Assembly: GCA_002840635.1 (NCBI GenBank)
Contig: PHBN01000038.1
Location: 1-51,028, forward strand
DNA: 51,028 bases
Source of the DNA: Deltaproteobacteria bacterium HGW-Deltaproteobacteria-1
GTDB taxonomy: Bacteria > Desulfobacterota > Syntrophia > Syntrophales > Smithellaceae
Direction of reading: 5' to 3'
The notes beneath the pieces are model-generated. The model ran no database searches. It saw nothing but the letters and a program-made list of their open reading frames with translations, and was not told the DNA's origin. Within the stretch, counting starts at the first letter, position 1, and each line of letters starts with the position of its first letter. Made by a program: the position numbers and the translations under genes. Below, in pieces: positions 1 to 8,901 of this stretch.

Positions 1-222
1 GAAATGACAATTTACGCATCTGGAGGCGTCATTGACTTCGGGGGGGTGATAGCCTTTTTTGTTAAAGACGGAAGAGACCCGCAAAACCTGGCGGGGACAA
101 TTGGCAATGCAAAAACCGCAGCCCTTGCAGCGGTCTTCAATCACAATGACCTGTCCCTGCCTTTTTTTCCGGGATCCATTTTCATCTTGGGGATTGATTT
201 GGTATTTCTTTGTTTTCTGCAT
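1..222 (-). CDS. 4Fe-4S dicluster ferredoxin-domain protein, 5' part only (runs off the window); resembles delta subunits of 2-oxoacid:ferredoxin oxidoreductases
   Basis: Own translation from ATG at 222..220: MQKTKKYQINPQDENGSRKKRQGQVIVIEDRCKGCGFCIANCPRQVLRVSSVFNKKGYHPPEVNDASRCVNCHF... It has a CxxCxxCxxxCP motif plus the start of a second cluster motif. It is absent from the ORF track because no stop lies inside the window. Confidence 0.6.
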   Translation of the reverse strand, partial: MQKTKKYQINPQDENGSRKKRQGQVIVIEDRCKGCGFCIANCPRQVLRVSSVFNKKGYHPPEVNDASRCVNCHF

Positions 223-369
223 TGATTTAACACAATTCCCCTGCATAATTGAATTATACAAGGCGACCTGCCGGATGGATTAATTTGCTTGAATATCGGG
301 GATTTGTACAGGAGACGCTTCCCTAAAGTACCAAATTCCATCAAATGCGTGCAAAGTTGCTAAAAAGGC

Positions 370-396
370 ATTATAAGAATAACGAGGCTCTGTCAA
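370..396 (-). promoter_or_regulatory. sigma70-like promoter candidate for the ferredoxin gene
   Basis: Minus strand reads TTGACA (396..391), a 15-nt spacer, then TATAAT (375..370), about 150 nt upstream of the ATG at 222. The spacer is shorter than optimal. Confidence 0.3.
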
Positions 397-502
397 GAAA
401 AAAAGAGTAATGATTACTGGTTTGTGCCTATCATTCTCTTGTGATATTAAAGCTTTCCGAATTTTCTTTTCCGGCTGGCAACAGAATGACCGGCATATCC
501 AA

Positions 503-2530
503 TTAGATTTTAACCCAGCGTGCCGCTACTAGGGATGTCAGATTTGAGATCGTCCCCAGGATCCGGCGCTGTTCGGGGAGGAGATTTTTAAATTCGTATT
601 GCATACCCACTACACCTAATATCTCTTCATCCTGGGATTTAATCGGCAGAAAGCAGTAGGGGATACTCGGCAGCGTTTCCGTTCCCGCGCCGGCAATTTC
701 CCCGTGAGCAAATGTCCACTTAGCCACGGCCAGGTCATTTTGGTTAATTTCCAAATCCGGGTTGCTCTTAGCCCACAACTGTAAATCGCCTTTCTTTTCT
801 TTAAAGAGAACAAAGCAGGGGACATTAATGACCTTCTGAATATACTTGATCGTAATATTGCTGATGTCATTGATAATGGTCGTTCGCAGGAAGGCCAGGG
901 TGTTCATGGTTTCCTGCGAAAACGCAGCCAGTCCTTCCACCAATTGTTCCAGTGGGGGAAGGGTTAAGAATTCCTTGCTCATCTCTTCAATTAGAACAAC
1001 TCTCTCCAGCCTTAATTGCAGCGCGATGTTCTGTTTTTTTACAATCTTTACCAACTGACCGATTATTATTGCGGTAAAAAGGAAAACCAGTACATTGATT
1101 ATTTCTTTGGGATCTTTCATGGTAAAATTGTATCTGGGTATGGTGAAGAGAAAATCATAAATTAACAGACTTACGATTGAAGTAAATATGGACGGCCACA
1201 TTCCAAATAACAAAGCACTAACACTTGTAGCGATCAAATAGATATAAACCAGCGAAGACGGATCAACGATGCGTTGGAGAATCAGGTTAATCATGGTGAT
1301 CATCACAATCATGCCAAGTGCTTTTAAATAAGGTGACACGTTAAATGCCGCTCGTCTGGGGGGAGGAAGGATATCTTCTTTTTTCTCCTCAATGGTTGGC
1401 GTAATGAGATGGAGCTCGAAATCACCTGCGGCGCGAAGAAGACGGGAAGTGGGGGATCTTTTGAAAAATTCAACAATCGCCGGGCGTAGCGGTTTACCGA
1501 TGACAATTCGGGTAATGTTATTTTCCGTGGCAAAACGAATAATTTCCTCGGCAACATCATCGCCGGAAAGCGTCATGATTTTTGCGCCCAGTTCTTCGGC
1601 AAGATTGAGGGCATCCGTTAAATAAATTTTTGCCCGGCCCGATGGTTCGGTCAGCCCGGTAGGTAGAACATAAACGGCATACCATTCGGCATGAACATTC
1701 TTGGCAATGGCATAAGCCTTGCGGATGAGCTGTTTGGCATAGGGACTGTCCGCGATACAAACAACCAGCTTTTCCGTAGCAGGCCAGGGGCCGGCAATCG
1801 CCTTTGCCCTCATATAATTAATGAGCTCGCTGTCCATTTTCCGGGCAACCAGAGTCAACATGAGTTCGCGTAGCGCAAACAGATTGCCCCGCTGAAAAAA
1901 ATTATCAATGGCGCGCTGGGCCTGCGCAGGAAAATAGACCTTCCCCTCCTTTAATCTCTGGAACAGTTCTTCCCAGGGAATATCAACAACCTGCACCTCG
2001 TCGGTGCGGTCAAAAAAAGTGTCCGGCAATGTTTCCTGCATGCGTACGCCGGTGATCTTGGCCACAGCGTCATTCATGCTCTCAAAGTGCTGGATATTGA
2101 CGGTAGTGTGCACATCAATTCCATGTTCCAGTAACTCTTCAATATCCTGATACCGCTTGGGGTGGCGGCTGCCCTCGATATTGGTATGGGCAAGTTCATC
2201 AACCAGAACAACCGCAGGATGCCTTGTCAGAATTGCATCCAGATCCATTTCACTGACCAGAAGGCCTTTATATTCAATAGACTTTCGGGGTATGACTTCC
2301 AGGCCGGCAAGCAGTGCGTCAGTATCGGCGCGCTTGTGTGTTTCGACAATACCCGCGACGACATCCACGCCGCGTTTTTTCAATACGTGGGCCTCATTGA
2401 GCATGGCATATGTTTTGCCGACTCCCGGCGCATAGCCCAGAAATATTTTCAACCTTCCCTTTTTGACATCATCCTTTTCGATTTCTTTCAAAAGGGCATC
2501 GGGATCGGGTCTTAAATCTTTTTCTTCCAT
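503..2530 (-). CDS. kdpD: KdpD-type sensor protein without the histidine-kinase half (KdpD N-terminal domain, Usp-like domain, 4 TM segments, GAF-like domain)
   Basis: 675 aa. The N-terminus GRLKIFLGYAPGVGKTYAML is the KdpD P-loop signature. A hydrophobic block (MIVMITMINLIL...FLFTAIIIGQLV) is followed by a GAF-like end ...LLPEQRRILGTISNLTSLVAA. No HisKA or HATPase motifs are present, and the ORF stops where E. coli KdpD continues into the kinase. Confidence 0.85.
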   Translation of the reverse strand: MEEKDLRPDPDALLKEIEKDDVKKGRLKIFLGYAPGVGKTYAMLNEAHVLKKRGVDVVAGIVETHKRADTDALLAGLEVIPRKSIEYKGLLVSEMDLDAILTRHPAVVLVDELAHTNIEGSRHPKRYQDIEELLEHGIDVHTTVNIQHFESMNDAVAKITGVRMQETLPDTFFDRTDEVQVVDIPWEELFQRLKEGKVYFPAQAQRAIDNFFQRGNLFALRELMLTLVARKMDSELINYMRAKAIAGPWPATEKLVVCIADSPYAKQLIRKAYAIAKNVHAEWYAVYVLPTGLTEPSGRAKIYLTDALNLAEELGAKIMTLSGDDVAEEIIRFATENNITRIVIGKPLRPAIVEFFKRSPTSRLLRAAGDFELHLITPTIEEKKEDILPPPRRAAFNVSPYLKALGMIVMITMINLILQRIVDPSSLVYIYLIATSVSALLFGMWPSIFTSIVSLLIYDFLFTIPRYNFTMKDPKEIINVLVFLFTAIIIGQLVKIVKKQNIALQLRLERVVLIEEMSKEFLTLPPLEQLVEGLAAFSQETMNTLAFLRTTIINDISNITIKYIQKVINVPCFVLFKEKKGDLQLWAKSNPDLEINQNDLAVAKWTFAHGEIAGAGTETLPSIPYCFLPIKSQDEEILGVVGMQYEFKNLLPEQRRILGTISNLTSLVAARWVKI

Positions 2531-2550
2531 GAGGTTACCTTTGTACTAGT

Positions 2551-3129
2551 TTACCGCTGAACCGCGATACTCTCAAGATCAATATTCAATTGTAAAACGT
2601 TGACCCGTTCCATTCCCCAAATCCCCAGAAGAGGGCCTTCCGTGTTTTGATGGATTATTTTTTCGATGACGGATTGGGGAATCTTTCTTTCCCGGGCGAT
2701 TCGTGATGCCTGGATTCGTGCGGCTTCTACACTGATATGCGGATCAAGACCGCTTGCGGACGACAGCACCAAATCGGCGGGAATGGGCATATTCGAGGGC
2801 AATCCATTTTCCCTGCGAACGAGTTCAATACGCCCTTGGACCTGCTTTAATAGTTTTGCGCTGGATGGCGCCAGATTACTTGCCGACGAATTACTCGCGT
2901 CATAGGGGGGATCAATGGCGGATGGCCGTCCATGAAAATATTCAGGGCGGTTGAATGATTGCCCCAGAAGCTTTGATCCAATGACGATGTCGTTTTGTTT
3001 AATGATACTGGCATTGGATTGCCGGGGAAATACGGTTTGTGATACTGCCGTTATGGCGAGTGGATAAATCAATCCGCAAATGATTGATAATCCCGCAAAA
3101 ACCAGGATGGACCGTTTCAGTTGCAACAT
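2551..3129 (-). CDS. kdpC: potassium-transporting ATPase subunit C
   Basis: 192 aa with a single N-terminal TM segment and conserved KdpC motifs ([13 protein letters not shown]). AGGAG lies 8 nt upstream of the ATG. It sits between kdpB and kdpD. Confidence 0.9.
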   Translation of the reverse strand: MLQLKRSILVFAGLSIICGLIYPLAITAVSQTVFPRQSNASIIKQNDIVIGSKLLGQSFNRPEYFHGRPSAIDPPYDASNSSASNLAPSSAKLLKQVQGRIELVRRENGLPSNMPIPADLVLSSASGLDPHISVEAARIQASRIARERKIPQSVIEKIIHQNTEGPLLGIWGMERVNVLQLNIDLESIAVQR

Positions 3130-5158
3130 ACCGCATCTCCTTTATAATAAGTGTAACGTCGATATTAGAAGACGTCGATATTAGAAGATCAATTATTTTT
3201 ATGCCGGCAAAAGGCAGTATTAACCCTCCTATGCCGTAAATTCCGAGATTCCGGCGCAGCAGAGCTGACGCGTTAGATGGAATATAACGCACACCGCGCA
3301 GCGCCAGAGGAATCAGTATGGGTATGATGATGGCATTGAAAATTACTGCCGAAAGAACGGCGCTTTCGGGACTGGAAAGATGCATGATGTCGAGTATTCT
3401 GAGCTGAGGATAGCCAACAATAAAGATGGCCGGGATGATGGCAAAATATTTAGCCACATCATTGGCGACACTGAAAGTTGTCAGCGCGCCTCGGGTTATG
3501 AGAATCTGTTTGCCGATTTCCACCAGATCCAGAAGCTTGGTCGGGTTGGAATCCAGATCAACAATGTTGGCGGCTTCGCGGGCTGCCTGTGTTCCGGCAT
3601 TCATTGCCACGGCGACATCCGCCTGAGCCAGCGCCGGCGCGTCATTTGTGCCATCGCCGATCATGGCTACCAGATGTCCTTTCTCCTGATAGTTGCGAAT
3701 CAGCTCCAATTTTGTCGCCGGTTTGGCCTCGGCCACAAAATCATCGACACCCGCCTCCGCCGCAATGGTGGCCGCGGTCATCGGGTTATCGCCGGTAATC
3801 ATGATGGACTTAATCCCCATTTGCCTGAGTTTGGCAATCCGGCCGCTGATACCCTCTTTGAGAACATCTTTGAGGCGAACCGCGCCGAGAATTTGTTCAT
3901 CCTGCGCAATCAAAAGGGGCGTTGAACCTTCGGCGGCAATAGATGCCACAATATCCTGTGCTTTGGCTGGCAATGGATTGTTCTGCGCTGAAATAAAATC
4001 CCTCACCGCGTCAAACGACCCTTTTCTGATTCGATGACTGTTCCAGTCGATACCGCTCATCCGCGCCTCGGCGCTAAAGGGAAAAAAGACAGCACCTTCG
4101 GGAGCCCGGATATCACTGCCGCGCATGCCCAGTTTTTCTTTTGCCAGAACAACAATACTTCTTCCTTCCGGCGTATCATCAGCAAGAGAAGATAATAACG
4201 CGGCATTGATTAATTCCTTCTCTTTCCCCTCCGTGAGAGCAATAAACTCCGTTGCCATTCTATTGCCCAGCGTGATCGTGCCGGTTTTATCCATGAGCAC
4301 CACATCGACATCTCCCGATGCTTCCACAGCCCGGCCACTTGTCGCTATAAAATTGTACTGTAACAATCTATCCATGCCCGCTATTCCTATGGCCGGCAAT
4401 AATCCACCGATGGTTGTGGGCATTAAGCACACCAGAAGGGCAATGAGCATGGCCGCGTCAACAGGTACGCCCATGTAAGCGGCAAAATATTTTAAAGTGA
4501 CAACCACAACGATAAATACAACAGTCAGCGCTATTAAAAGCAGATTGAGCGCCCGTTCATTGGGCGTTTTTTGTCTTTTCGCGCCCTCAACCATGCCGAT
4601 CATCTGATCGAGAAAACTTTCCCCGGGATTGGCGGTAATGCGAACGGTTATTTTTCCAGAAAGCACGCGGGTGCCCCCGGTCACACCGCTGCGGTCTCCT
4701 CCGTATTCCCGAATGACGGGCGCGGATTCTCCGGTGATGGCCGATTCATCTATCAGTGCCGTCCCGACGGCCACTTCACCATCTCCGGGGATCGTGTCGC
4801 CGTCTTCAAGAAGGATCAGATCTTCTTTTTTCAACTGCAGGGCGGATATGGTTTCTATACTGCCGTCATTCAATAGCCGTTTTGCTTTGGCCTCGGAGCG
4901 GTTCTTTTTGTCGGCAAAATTGGCAAATATAAGCGTGAACCACAGCCACAAGGTAATCTGCAAATCAAAGGTCATCCCGTGGCCGGTAAAAATATCATAT
5001 ATAACAATAAACGTCGTTGCGATGGTCACTATCTCCACAATAAACATCACGGGACTTTTAATCATCATCAGCGGATTGAGCTTTGTAAGCGATTCCTTCA
5101 GCGCGGGGATGATAAACTTTGTCTGCCAGATCTTGATTTTTTTCGATTTCATTTTCAT
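2999..5158 (-). CDS. kdpB: potassium-transporting P-type ATPase subunit B; 3' end altered by a 16-bp duplication (ancestral stop at 3142..3144)
   Basis: P-type ATPase motifs are present: [36 protein letters not shown]. The ORF as given reads 130 nt into kdpC. See the findings for the duplication and for a probable missing AEGRGKAQA segment. Confidence 0.9.
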   Translation of the reverse strand: MKMKSKKIKIWQTKFIIPALKESLTKLNPLMMIKSPVMFIVEIVTIATTFIVIYDIFTGHGMTFDLQITLWLWFTLIFANFADKKNRSEAKAKRLLNDGSIETISALQLKKEDLILLEDGDTIPGDGEVAVGTALIDESAITGESAPVIREYGGDRSGVTGGTRVLSGKITVRITANPGESFLDQMIGMVEGAKRQKTPNERALNLLLIALTVVFIVVVVTLKYFAAYMGVPVDAAMLIALLVCLMPTTIGGLLPAIGIAGMDRLLQYNFIATSGRAVEASGDVDVVLMDKTGTITLGNRMATEFIALTEGKEKELINAALLSSLADDTPEGRSIVVLAKEKLGMRGSDIRAPEGAVFFPFSAEARMSGIDWNSHRIRKGSFDAVRDFISAQNNPLPAKAQDIVASIAAEGSTPLLIAQDEQILGAVRLKDVLKEGISGRIAKLRQMGIKSIMITGDNPMTAATIAAEAGVDDFVAEAKPATKLELIRNYQEKGHLVAMIGDGTNDAPALAQADVAVAMNAGTQAAREAANIVDLDSNPTKLLDLVEIGKQILITRGALTTFSVANDVAKYFAIIPAIFIVGYPQLRILDIMHLSSPESAVLSAVIFNAIIIPILIPLALRGVRYIPSNASALLRRNLGIYGIGGLILPFAGIKIIDLLISTSSNIDVTLIIKEMRYVATETVHPGFCGIINHLRIDLSTRHNGSITNRISPAIQCQYH
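3156..3187. repeat. perfect 16-bp tandem duplication (ACGTCGATATTAGAAG x2) inside the kdpB 3' end
   Basis: Read directly: 3156..3171 is identical to 3172..3187. Confidence 0.95.
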
Positions 5159-5163
5159 TTACC

Positions 5164-6831
5164 TCAAAACGTCTTGCCGATAGCTAAAAGCAGGTGTTCC
5201 AACAGTGGCCCCAATGTTAAGACCGGGAAAAATGTCAACGCTCCGACAACGATAACAACCGCAATCAGCATGAAGGTGAAAAGCAGACTGGCTGTCGGAA
5301 AAGTCGCCACACTTTCTGGAACAATTTTCTTCTCGGCAAGATTTCCTGCAATCGCCAGGGCTGGAAGAATCGTGGAAAACCGTCCGATCAGCATTGCCAA
5401 AGAAGTTGTCAGATTATAAAAAACCGTATTGGCATTGAGTCCGGCAAAGGCAGAACCGTTATTGCCGGAGGCCGAGGCAAAAGCATAAATAATTTCGGAT
5501 AATCCATGCGGCCCGGTATTGCCGAGGCTGGCGACACCCGCCTGTGTGGAGACAGCGATACTCGACAAGATCAGTTGCAAAATAGCGGGAGTTACGATAA
5601 TCACCACCGCCATGACCATTTCCAGAAGCTCCAGTTTTTTACCCATGAATTCCGGAGTCCGGCCGATCATCAATCCTGCCAGAAACAGCGTCAGAATGGC
5701 ATAACTCAGCATGCCGATGAGGCCGGTTCCGACTCCGCCGAAAATGACTTCGCCGATCGCCATATTAAACAACAGAACTATCCCGCTCAAAGGCAGCATG
5801 CTGTCGTGCATACTGTTGACGGCTCCACAGGACGTAACCGTCGTGGACTGGGCAAACAAAGCAGAATTCACGACGCCGAATCGGGTTTCCTTGCCTTCCA
5901 TATTCATTCCAGATGCGATCCCTGCTTTTTCCAGCAGCGGATTGCCCCGCATTTCCGTCCAGGCAAAAATCCCCAGTCCGGTCAGATAAAGGATCATCAT
6001 GGCTGCAAAGACAGCAAAGCCCTGCCGCCTGTTTTTCAACATCGCACCCAGTGTGAAGGGCAGGGCCGCGGCAATCAGCAGCAGTCCCAGCACTTCTAAA
6101 AAATCCGTGAGCGGCGTCGGGTTTTCGAAGGGATGAGCGGAGTTGGTATTAAAGAATCCACCGCCATTCGTGCCGATTTGCTTGATCGCTCTTCCCTCCA
6201 AAGTCCTGGCCTCAATGGAAGGACTCAAGGTTTGTACAGCGCCCTGCGAAACCAGAATGAACGATAAAATTACGACAAGCGGCAGCAGGACGTATAAAAT
6301 ACAGCGGGTCAAATCCACCCAGAAGTTACCGATGGCCGCCGCTGATTTACGGACAAAGCCGCGGATAACGGCAATGACCGCGACAATGCCGATCGCCGCG
6401 GAAATAAAGTTCTGTACGGTCATGCCCATCATCTGCGTCAGGTAACTCATCGTCCGCTCGCCGCTGTAGGTCTGCCAGTTTGTATTGGTGCCGAAAGAGA
6501 CAGCGGCATTGAGTGCCGTATCCCAGCGCACAGCGCCAAATTTCTGCGGATTAAAGGGAAGCCAGCCCTGAATCAGTTGCAAACAGAATAACGCCACAAT
6601 ACCGATGACATTCAAAAGAACCAGGCAGAGAGTATACGTTTTCCAGGACATTTCTTCATTGGGTTCCACGGTAAATATCCTGTAAAGGAATCTTTCGACA
6701 GGCGCTATAACCGGCGAAAGAAATGTTCTATCGCCGCTGAAAACCTTCGCCATGTATATACCCATGGGATAAGCCAGGATCGTTATAATAAAGGGAAACA
6801 GAATGAGGCACAGCCAGTTACCTGTTGTCAT
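5164..6831 (-). CDS. kdpA: potassium-transporting ATPase subunit A
   Basis: 555 aa polytopic membrane protein with KdpA selectivity-filter-like motifs (NTNWQ, TNGGGFF, SCGAVN, SGNNGSAFAG). It lies directly upstream of kdpB. Confidence 0.93.
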   Translation of the reverse strand: MTTGNWLCLILFPFIITILAYPMGIYMAKVFSGDRTFLSPVIAPVERFLYRIFTVEPNEEMSWKTYTLCLVLLNVIGIVALFCLQLIQGWLPFNPQKFGAVRWDTALNAAVSFGTNTNWQTYSGERTMSYLTQMMGMTVQNFISAAIGIVAVIAVIRGFVRKSAAAIGNFWVDLTRCILYVLLPLVVILSFILVSQGAVQTLSPSIEARTLEGRAIKQIGTNGGGFFNTNSAHPFENPTPLTDFLEVLGLLLIAAALPFTLGAMLKNRRQGFAVFAAMMILYLTGLGIFAWTEMRGNPLLEKAGIASGMNMEGKETRFGVVNSALFAQSTTVTSCGAVNSMHDSMLPLSGIVLLFNMAIGEVIFGGVGTGLIGMLSYAILTLFLAGLMIGRTPEFMGKKLELLEMVMAVVIIVTPAILQLILSSIAVSTQAGVASLGNTGPHGLSEIIYAFASASGNNGSAFAGLNANTVFYNLTTSLAMLIGRFSTILPALAIAGNLAEKKIVPESVATFPTASLLFTFMLIAVVIVVGALTFFPVLTLGPLLEHLLLAIGKTF

Positions 6832-7104
6832 TGTAATCTCCTTAATCGTCTTGAGCTATTTTCGCAATTCTCTAAAAAAATAATATAATATCGTTGATTT
6901 GAAAGATGAAGAGCCCCAATAAAATAAAAATATCCGGTATTGAGGCCTGCCTGCAAACAGGAGTTGTGTATTGTCAGGATAGTTAGGCGATATCAGGGCA
7001 TCTGATATGGTTAGATAAGACAGATATGTTTGCACACTGCTTTCTGGACACAGGAAATGTCGAAAAAGCTGCAAAAGAAGAACATTAGACATTTCTTCTT
7101 ATTT

Positions 7105-7215
7105 CCCCCTATATGCCGACGAGGTTAGCTGACGGGCTCGGACTGGGAAATGTCCTATTCTTCGTGTATCAGGCCAAATATTATTAGATCACACCCTCGG
7201 GAAAGAGATAGGCCT
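7105..7215 (-). promoter_or_regulatory. c-di-AMP (ydaO/kimA-class) riboswitch-like leader of the kdp operon; only the 3' conserved strand is recognised
   Basis: The minus strand at 7147..7115 reads CCCAGUCCGAGCCCGUCAGCUAACCUCGUCGGC. The core CCGUCAGCUAACCUCGU matches my recollection of the invariant 3' segment of the ydaO motif. An upstream GGGUGUGAUC resembles the GGGGUGAAUC element. The 5' half was not recognised. Confidence 0.45.
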
Positions 7216-7216
7216 G

Positions 7217-7876
7217 TTGATGGAAGACATTAAAATTAATGATATTGTTAAAATCCTGAAAAAAGAATTGAACCTGGGAGAAATGCCCATTGTGTCCCAC
7301 CTTGCGGAAAGCGAACGCGATCCTTTTGTCATTTTGATATCCACACTGCTCAGCCTGCGAACGAAAGACGAAGTCACAGCTATGGCGACTGAAAGGCTCC
7401 TTGCTCTGGCATCCACTCCCGAAGCAATGTTGAAGGTTCCCCAGGACAAAATCGCCAGGGCTATCTACCCCGTAGGATTTTACCGCAACAAGGCCAGGGG
7501 CATTCACCATGTCTGCCGCGAACTCATTGGCCGGTTTGACTCAAGGGTACCGGATGATCTGGATGAATTGCTGAGCATCAAGGGCATCGGCCGCAAAACA
7601 GCTAACCTGGTCATCACACTGGCTTATGGAAAAGATGGTATCTGCGTGGACACACATGTCCACCGCATCTCCAACCGCCTGGGTTATGTGGTCACCAAAA
7701 CACCGGATGAAACGGAAATGGTCCTGCGAGCCAAACTTCCCCGGAAATACTGGATTATTTACAACACCCTGCTGGTCTTCTTCGGCCGTAAAACCTGCAA
7801 GCCGGTCTCGCCTATTTGCAGTACCTGCCCAATTAGTCGATATTGCGACCGCGCGGGCGTCACCATAAGCCGATAA
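7217..7876 (+). CDS. nth: endonuclease III (DNA glycosylase/AP lyase)
   Basis: HhH-GPD motif (LLSIKGIGRKTANLV), catalytic region VDTHVHRISNRLG, and a C-terminal 4Fe-4S ligand pattern CKPVSPICSTCPISRYC. The ATG at 7220 is the likely start. Confidence 0.9.
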   Translation: MMEDIKINDIVKILKKELNLGEMPIVSHLAESERDPFVILISTLLSLRTKDEVTAMATERLLALASTPEAMLKVPQDKIARAIYPVGFYRNKARGIHHVCRELIGRFDSRVPDDLDELLSIKGIGRKTANLVITLAYGKDGICVDTHVHRISNRLGYVVTKTPDETEMVLRAKLPRKYWIIYNTLLVFFGRKTCKPVSPICSTCPISRYCDRAGVTISR

Positions 7877-8121
7877 TCCTCAAACCATGAAGGGAAAGAA
7901 AATAGTTGACGATTATTCATCATTTGGCTATGATGCCGCGGTTTTTTGGATGACATGCAGGAAAGCGGCCGTCTCGATTAATGAAGATGTATTGAGCATC
8001 ATTCATAAATTCACGGCTGGCAAGGCGGTAAAAGAAGCGTTGAATAAAATGACCGCCGGTGATATGTATCCCTAAGATCATAATGAATTGTTGAAATGAC
8101 ATAATTTAAAGGATGTAAAAG

Positions 8122-8505
8122 ATGACGGTATTTTTAACCATATTGCACATTGTTGTCTGTATTACCTTGATTTTAATCGTCTTGCTTCAGGCAGGCAAAG
8201 GCGCGAACATGGGCGCTGCTTTCGGAGGTTCAAGCCAGACCGTTTTCGGTTCAGGCGGCGCGGGCACTTTTCTGGGAAAGATGACAGCGGCGGTAGCGAT
8301 CATTTTCATGCTCACCTCCATTACATTGACCTACACGGCGTCAAGAAGACCGTCAGGTTTGATGGATAGCGCATCAGCTCCTGCGGCAAGACAGGCGGCT
8401 CCTGTTGCGCCCAAACCCGCAACATCGCCCGCAGCAACATCAGCAAAGGTACCCGCAGCACCGGCAACTGCTCCCGGTGCGGCACCTGCACCTGCGGCTA
8501 AATAA
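8122..8505 (+). CDS. secG: preprotein translocase subunit SecG with an Ala/Pro-rich C-terminal tail
   Basis: Two TM segments flank the Gly-rich loop LLQAGKGANMGAAFGGSSQTVFGSGGAGTFL. It is followed by tRNA-Leu(GAG), as in the E. coli secG-leuU arrangement. Confidence 0.85.
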   Translation: MTVFLTILHIVVCITLILIVLLQAGKGANMGAAFGGSSQTVFGSGGAGTFLGKMTAAVAIIFMLTSITLTYTASRRPSGLMDSASAPAARQAAPVAPKPATSPAATSAKVPAAPATAPGAAPAPAAK

Positions 8506-8591
8506 GATTTGTGCTTTTCTGTCTCCGCAATCTGCAAAACCAATCTGATGATCAGCAGGAACGCGGTGAATGAATTAGGGTTTAAGTTGCT

Positions 8592-8677
8592 GCCGAAGTG
8601 GTGGAATTGGTAGACACGCTATCTTGAGGGGGTAGTGGACAAAATCCGTGCTGGTTCAAGTCCAGTCTTCGGCACCA
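8592..8677 (+). tRNA. tRNA-Leu (anticodon GAG), class II with long variable arm, encoded CCA
   Basis: Acceptor stem GCCGAAG/CTTCGGC. Anticodon stem CTATC/GGTAG with loop TTGAGGG, giving anticodon GAG. T-arm GGTTCAAGTCC, discriminator A, then CCA. The architecture is almost identical to E. coli leuU. Confidence 0.95.
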
Positions 8678-8695
8678 TAATAATAAAGGGGGTTA
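8622..8695. repeat. left copy of a 74-bp direct repeat (tRNA-Leu anticodon loop to 18 nt past the CCA)
   Basis: Matches 11724..11797 at 73 of 74 positions. The single difference is G to A in the anticodon loop. Confidence 0.9.
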
Positions 8696-8727
8696 ACTGA
8701 TTCATTGGTTAACCCTCTTTTTCTTTT
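8690..8727 (+). terminator. rho-independent terminator after tRNA-Leu
   Basis: GGGTTAAC (8690..8697) pairs with GTTAACCC (8708..8715) across a 10-nt loop, followed by TCTTTTTCTTTT. Confidence 0.6.
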
Positions 8728-8851
8728 AAGCGTGTTTGGTCAACACTTTCCAGAAATCCTTCATATTGAGTAACAGCCTTCTGATACGTTCTTCAAACAG
8801 CAAGACTGCATGCTCCGGGATATTTGTCCCCGAGATGACTAAACTACAAAT

Positions 8852-8894
8852 CATTGAATATTCGGATTGACACTCCGAATATTCAATGTATAAT
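8852..8894 (+). promoter_or_regulatory. 15-bp perfect inverted repeat overlapping a consensus sigma70 promoter
   Basis: CATTGAATATTCGGA (8852..8866), a 7-nt spacer, then TCCGAATATTCAATG (8874..8888). TTGACA at 8867..8872, a 16-nt spacer, then TATAAT at 8889..8894. The next ATG is at 8902. Confidence 0.5.
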
Positions 8895-8901
8895 ATCAGC
8901 C

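Noticed and set aside
6832-6960. Search for kdpF upstream of kdpA
   Set aside because: One frame gives a hydrophobic stretch (IFILLGLFIFQINDIILFF-stop) but has no ATG/GTG/TTG start after the preceding stop. It cannot be supported as a gene.
6856-7092. 78-aa ORF in the kdp leader
   Set aside because: No SD, a low-complexity translation, and it overlaps the riboswitch-like leader and its hairpins. More likely non-coding.
7887-8075. 62-aa ORF between nth and secG
   Set aside because: No SD and no recognisable motif. It may be real, but the sequence alone gives no support.
8854-8901. TTG start of the AAA ATPase given by the ORF track
   Set aside because: This start would place the TTGACA/TATAAT promoter and the whole palindrome inside the coding region. 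The in-frame ATG at 8902, just after the -10, is preferred.
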